DNA of 64,000 nucleotides from Tricharina praecox (Eukaryota): NCBI RefSeq assembly GCF_024521635.1, contig NW_026250406.1, positions 1,364,001 to 1,428,000 of the forward strand, read 5' to 3'. Shown piece by piece: positions 60,289 to 64,000 of this stretch (position 1 is its first letter; each line of letters starts with the position of its first letter). The notes under the pieces were generated by a model. It saw only the letters and a program-made list of their open reading frames with translations, ran no database searches and was not told where the DNA came from. The position numbers and the translations under genes were made by a program.

Positions 60289-63200
60289 TCTGGGGTCCGA
60301 CCGATGGATCAACCGCGGTATGGTTTCCCGGCAAACTAGAAAAGATGTATAGCTGATGTTAGAGCGGCGCGCGGAATAGGTACATATGCAAGGATGTCGC
60401 ATGAAGCGTTGGTGATCGATGGTTTGGAGTATTGTTTGAACGGTGGTAGTTTATTTAGACAGGAACCCATCTATCTGCTGCCCGCCCGCATCTTACTTGC
60501 TGCCACCACTCTTCTCATCGTTGCCAATACCGGCCCTCAAGATTCATCCTACTTACTGTCACGCCGGTCCACCACTCTTGTCATCGTTGCCGTTACTGAT
60601 TGCCTTGTCCTGAGGGACACCGTTCTTCTTGAAGTTCTTCAACGCCTCCTGGACGTTAAGATGTCCAAGGCGCGAGGATGTGAAGGAAGTTCTTCCATTG
60701 GCTGCACACAACAGTCTTGATGCAAGTTGAAGCAGCAGCGAAATCAGACAGTCTTGATGCAAGTTGAAGTAGTAGCGAAATCCGACGGAAGTGTCGAGTA
60801 ACGCGTCCAACCCTTGTGTATCCGGCGGCCAACTTTGGCCGACCGGAGGGTTGGGACGGATGGACGCGATCGGGGCGCTGAACGTGTCGGAGGCGGCAAC
60901 GCCGCACACCGACAACGTCCCGCTCCGGCGTCCACCTATTGGAACAAAACTCATTAGTTATCAATTTCAGAGCTCAGTACATGAAGAAACATGGTTTTTC
61001 AGAGGAGGGGAAACGGATGTACGTACCTGGTCGCATCCCTGCGATCGATGGACGCAGGACAAAACATGGCTTGCGGGCCATCTGAACGACCCAGCCCTAC
61101 ACTCACCCGTCCGCATTCCCATGGTTGGCGACTAGTGAGGGAGCGAGCACGAACCATATCGTTCGCAAGCATACCCCCGCTGACAAAGGGTGGTATGCTG
61201 ATGCTGCGCCAGCCGGTTACCGTCTGTATGTACCGGTAAAAATCTGGTCCCATCATTTTCCACAACTTTACCTCCTTGTCGGCTGTGGCGAAGTCGGGAT
61301 CTTCCTGCGCCAGGAGCCACTCCAGACCCTATAATATTAGTCGGACATGGATGAGAGTGGGGGGTGAGGACGATGTCTCTTCGTCTTGACATTTCTAAAT
61401 ACGTTCGCGCACCGTGCCTATTGCCCGAAAACCTTACTGAGCATGGCGTCCTGGCTGCCGGCCACGTTTTCGAGTATCTGGTTTCCCTATGCGACGCTTC
61501 TTGGATCGATTCTCCAGCACCACAGGTTGTTGAGGACCTCGTTGCTGGACGGTATTGTTCTTCATGGTCGAGGTTGAAGTTGGTAGATAGAAGGTATACC
61601 TAATGGTATTTGAGAATGTTGTGATGTTTGTGGGAGAGAAAGTTGAACGAAGAAGGAAGGAGGGAGAGAGGTATGTTTTATAAGAAGTGGCGCTGGAGAT
61701 TTGGCCGAAAACCTTGGTACACGCACCGTTGTACGTTGGCGCTAGCGGCTGAACCCCCTCGTGCCACAACTACGGTTGCTGTTGTGCGAAACCTGATTTT
61801 ATGGGGAAAGACAACGCCTACCGTAGAGTTCATCATCGTGGCCAGAAACGGGGCAATCAGGCTATCCTGCACTTCCTGTAATAACCGTTTCCCTGTGAAG
61901 GATTATGAGCATGAACATGGCTACTCTACACCACGTAACGACAGAATTGGACGGTGTGAGTGTGCTCATCATGTCGCCTAAAGTGTATCGCAAAGAAAAG
62001 AAGAAAAATCAGTGTCATCTTAAAAGCGGAGACAAGGTCGGTTAAGCTTCGAACTCACAGAGGTTTCGATATTAGAGGCATGAGCAATTTACATCATCTT
62101 CCTTCTCCGTACCCACTTCATTACCAGTCACGCGGTGCTTGAAATCACTTTCGTCGTCGGTACTTGACATTAGATGACATTTCCCGAAGATTTGATTGAA
62201 ATAAAGGTTGAGAGGAAAGCTCCGCCAGACTTGGATGGCGAGGCGGGGGAGGGAAGGGAAGCATTTGGGGCAGAACACGACGGCCCAGCAGAATACTGTG
62301 TCTGCGGCCTGTCTAGGGAGGCGACGAGTGACGATATGTGACTGTCTATTCTTGGTGCCATTTCCAGTGTACTTGTTTTGGTACGCAGCGGCGCCGTACG
62401 GTACTGACCGGTAGCGTGGTTGCTAGTCGGCCGAGCGGTTGAGACGCCGCTACCGGCCAGCACTGTGTGGCCTCGCTGCCTAACAAATAAGGCTGCGGGC
62501 GAAATATATTGAAGAACTTTCTACCTCTCCCTCATCGCCAACGAAGTTGACGATCTGGGGGGGCTTGATGTCGGCGAGCGTGGCACTAAGCATCTGCGAA
62601 TCAGGAATGAAGAACCGGCAACGATAGAACGAACCGGAGATTGATCGCGAGACGGCCGTTGGGCAAAAGTAATGCGAAGCTGCATTCATGTAAATTCTAG
62701 TCTGCATGTAGTGTAAGGTGTGTCACGTGATACTACCGAGTGATATTTACATATGGTGTCCCCTCGGTCACTCCCGGTACGAACGCAAAAACTGTTACCA
62801 CCTCCTGCCGGTAAGAGGCTTGAGTACCGCAAGAACCAAATACAGAGGTCTTCTACCCGGGCTGAACTCAGCAATTTCACTCAAATCCCCTCGCCGATTG
62901 CATGGCCCAGAGCATTAGACTACGCGGTGGTTTTTGCCGTACTGGAAACATTAATCCGATACCTATGAAGCGCGGGTGCACTCACCACGAAGAACCTCAG
63001 CCGCAAGACTGTCTGCGTTGAATGAGCGATCAACATGACGTATGCTTTGAATGGATCTGATGCGAATTCTTTCTACGTTTGAACGAACGATAAAGACAGC
63101 ACGGTTATCACGGCGAGGAGCAGCACGAGGACACGTTATTTGCGACGGGGCCAGCGAGCTATTCGTCGTCACACAACGGGCAAGAATCGATGTTCGTCGC

Positions 63201-63419
63201 CGTACTTCGATGTCTACCTGCTCTTCCTACAGCCGGTACGCCTTGTTCTCCTATGACGTCCTGCAGTACCACTATCACCGCGGATCTAGCACTCTGGCCT
63301 CTTCGTCGTTTGACGCCTGATATTTTGTAGCTTGCTTACAGCCATATACCATCTGGGTAGAAAATAAACGGGCACTCTGCAGCATCGGTGCTTGACGAAG
63401 TGACGGTTGAGAATGCCAA

Positions 63420-63630
63420 AGGAGATGAGATCCCAGACGAATATTCCCGCTCTTCCTTGTGGCCGCGGGTGGCACACAGGAAGCGGGATTCCACGAGGGA
63501 TATTTTTGTCGTCCTTTGCAGCCGCGGGTGGCCCGCAGGAGATGATGGAATCCCACGAGGAATATCTCTATTCTCCCTTACAGCCGCGATTGGCCCGCAG
63601 CAGATGCGATCCCACGAGGGATCTTCTCAC
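63420..63630. repeat. Degenerate ~60-bp tandem repeat (~3.5 units)
   Basis: Recurring GCCGCG..TGGC.C.CAG and ATCCCACGAGG.AT motifs at about 60-bp spacing. Confidence 0.55.
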
Positions 63631-64000
63631 CACCCACTGTGCTTCATAGCCGTGTTTGCCTCGCGGATTAATGTAGCAGGCTTGTTCCCGACGCTCTTGC
63701 ACCGCGGATGGTCGCGACCAGACGAGCGTATGATATCGAACTCGTAGACGGTAGTAGTAACGATTCATCTATTTGCGAAATCACCTTTGAAGCACTGGAA
63801 CCTGCACAAGATTCTCGACCAACGAGTCTTCCAAACGATCAACACCATACACAGACAACCACAAACCCATTCTCCACGCAATCCGGCACCAGATTTCCCA
63901 CAGAACCCGTTCTTCAGAAAGCCACCAGGACGCACACCCTCACCTACAATTGTTGCGCAAACCAGTAACCGAAGCGGCAATCCGCAGCGAATCCTCCCAA

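Noticed and set aside
61628..61981. Cys-containing ORF (SCTSCNNRF...CECAHH) as a zinc-finger gene
   Set aside because: Short, non-ATG start, no supporting exons; could be chance or a relic.
1..64000. NACHT/NB-ARC NLR gene, rRNA, tRNA
   Set aside because: No P-loop NTPase motif or structural RNA was recognised by eye; a tRNAscan/HMM search would be needed to exclude them.

Overview
Eukaryotic, intron-containing DNA from a filamentous ascomycete (inferred from short GT..AG introns with CTAAC/CTGAC branch sites and the gene families present). The region is gene-sparse and repeat-rich. It contains: (i) a tandem array of five small Trp-studded acidic genes (1-5.4 kb) plus a sixth copy at 24.5 kb, of which only one copy is intact; (ii) a Clr5-TPR gene, an SHB17-like histidine phosphatase and a SUR7/PalI membrane protein; (iii) two divergently transcribed paralogues sharing a PD-(D/E)XK/Uma2-like N-terminal domain and two intron positions, one fused to about 2,000 aa of PPPKEEEPV repeats and the other to an Asn-rich amyloid-like linker and a vWA domain; (iv) two tandemly duplicated 91-aa Asn/Thr/His-rich micro-proteins that look like stand-alone amyloid signalling motifs, followed by a SesB-like lipase-ankyrin gene; (v) two paralogues of an uncharacterised fungal membrane-protein family; (vi) several DNA transposons, namely two hAT-type MITEs with perfect 8-bp TSDs, a Tourist/Harbinger-like MITE, a decayed 3.5-kb hAT element and an unclassified TIR element. 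The most interesting candidate system is the 37.5-51 kb cluster, which may be an amyloid-signalling/cell-death module with no NLR gene in the window. All family calls are by motif recognition; no database search was run.
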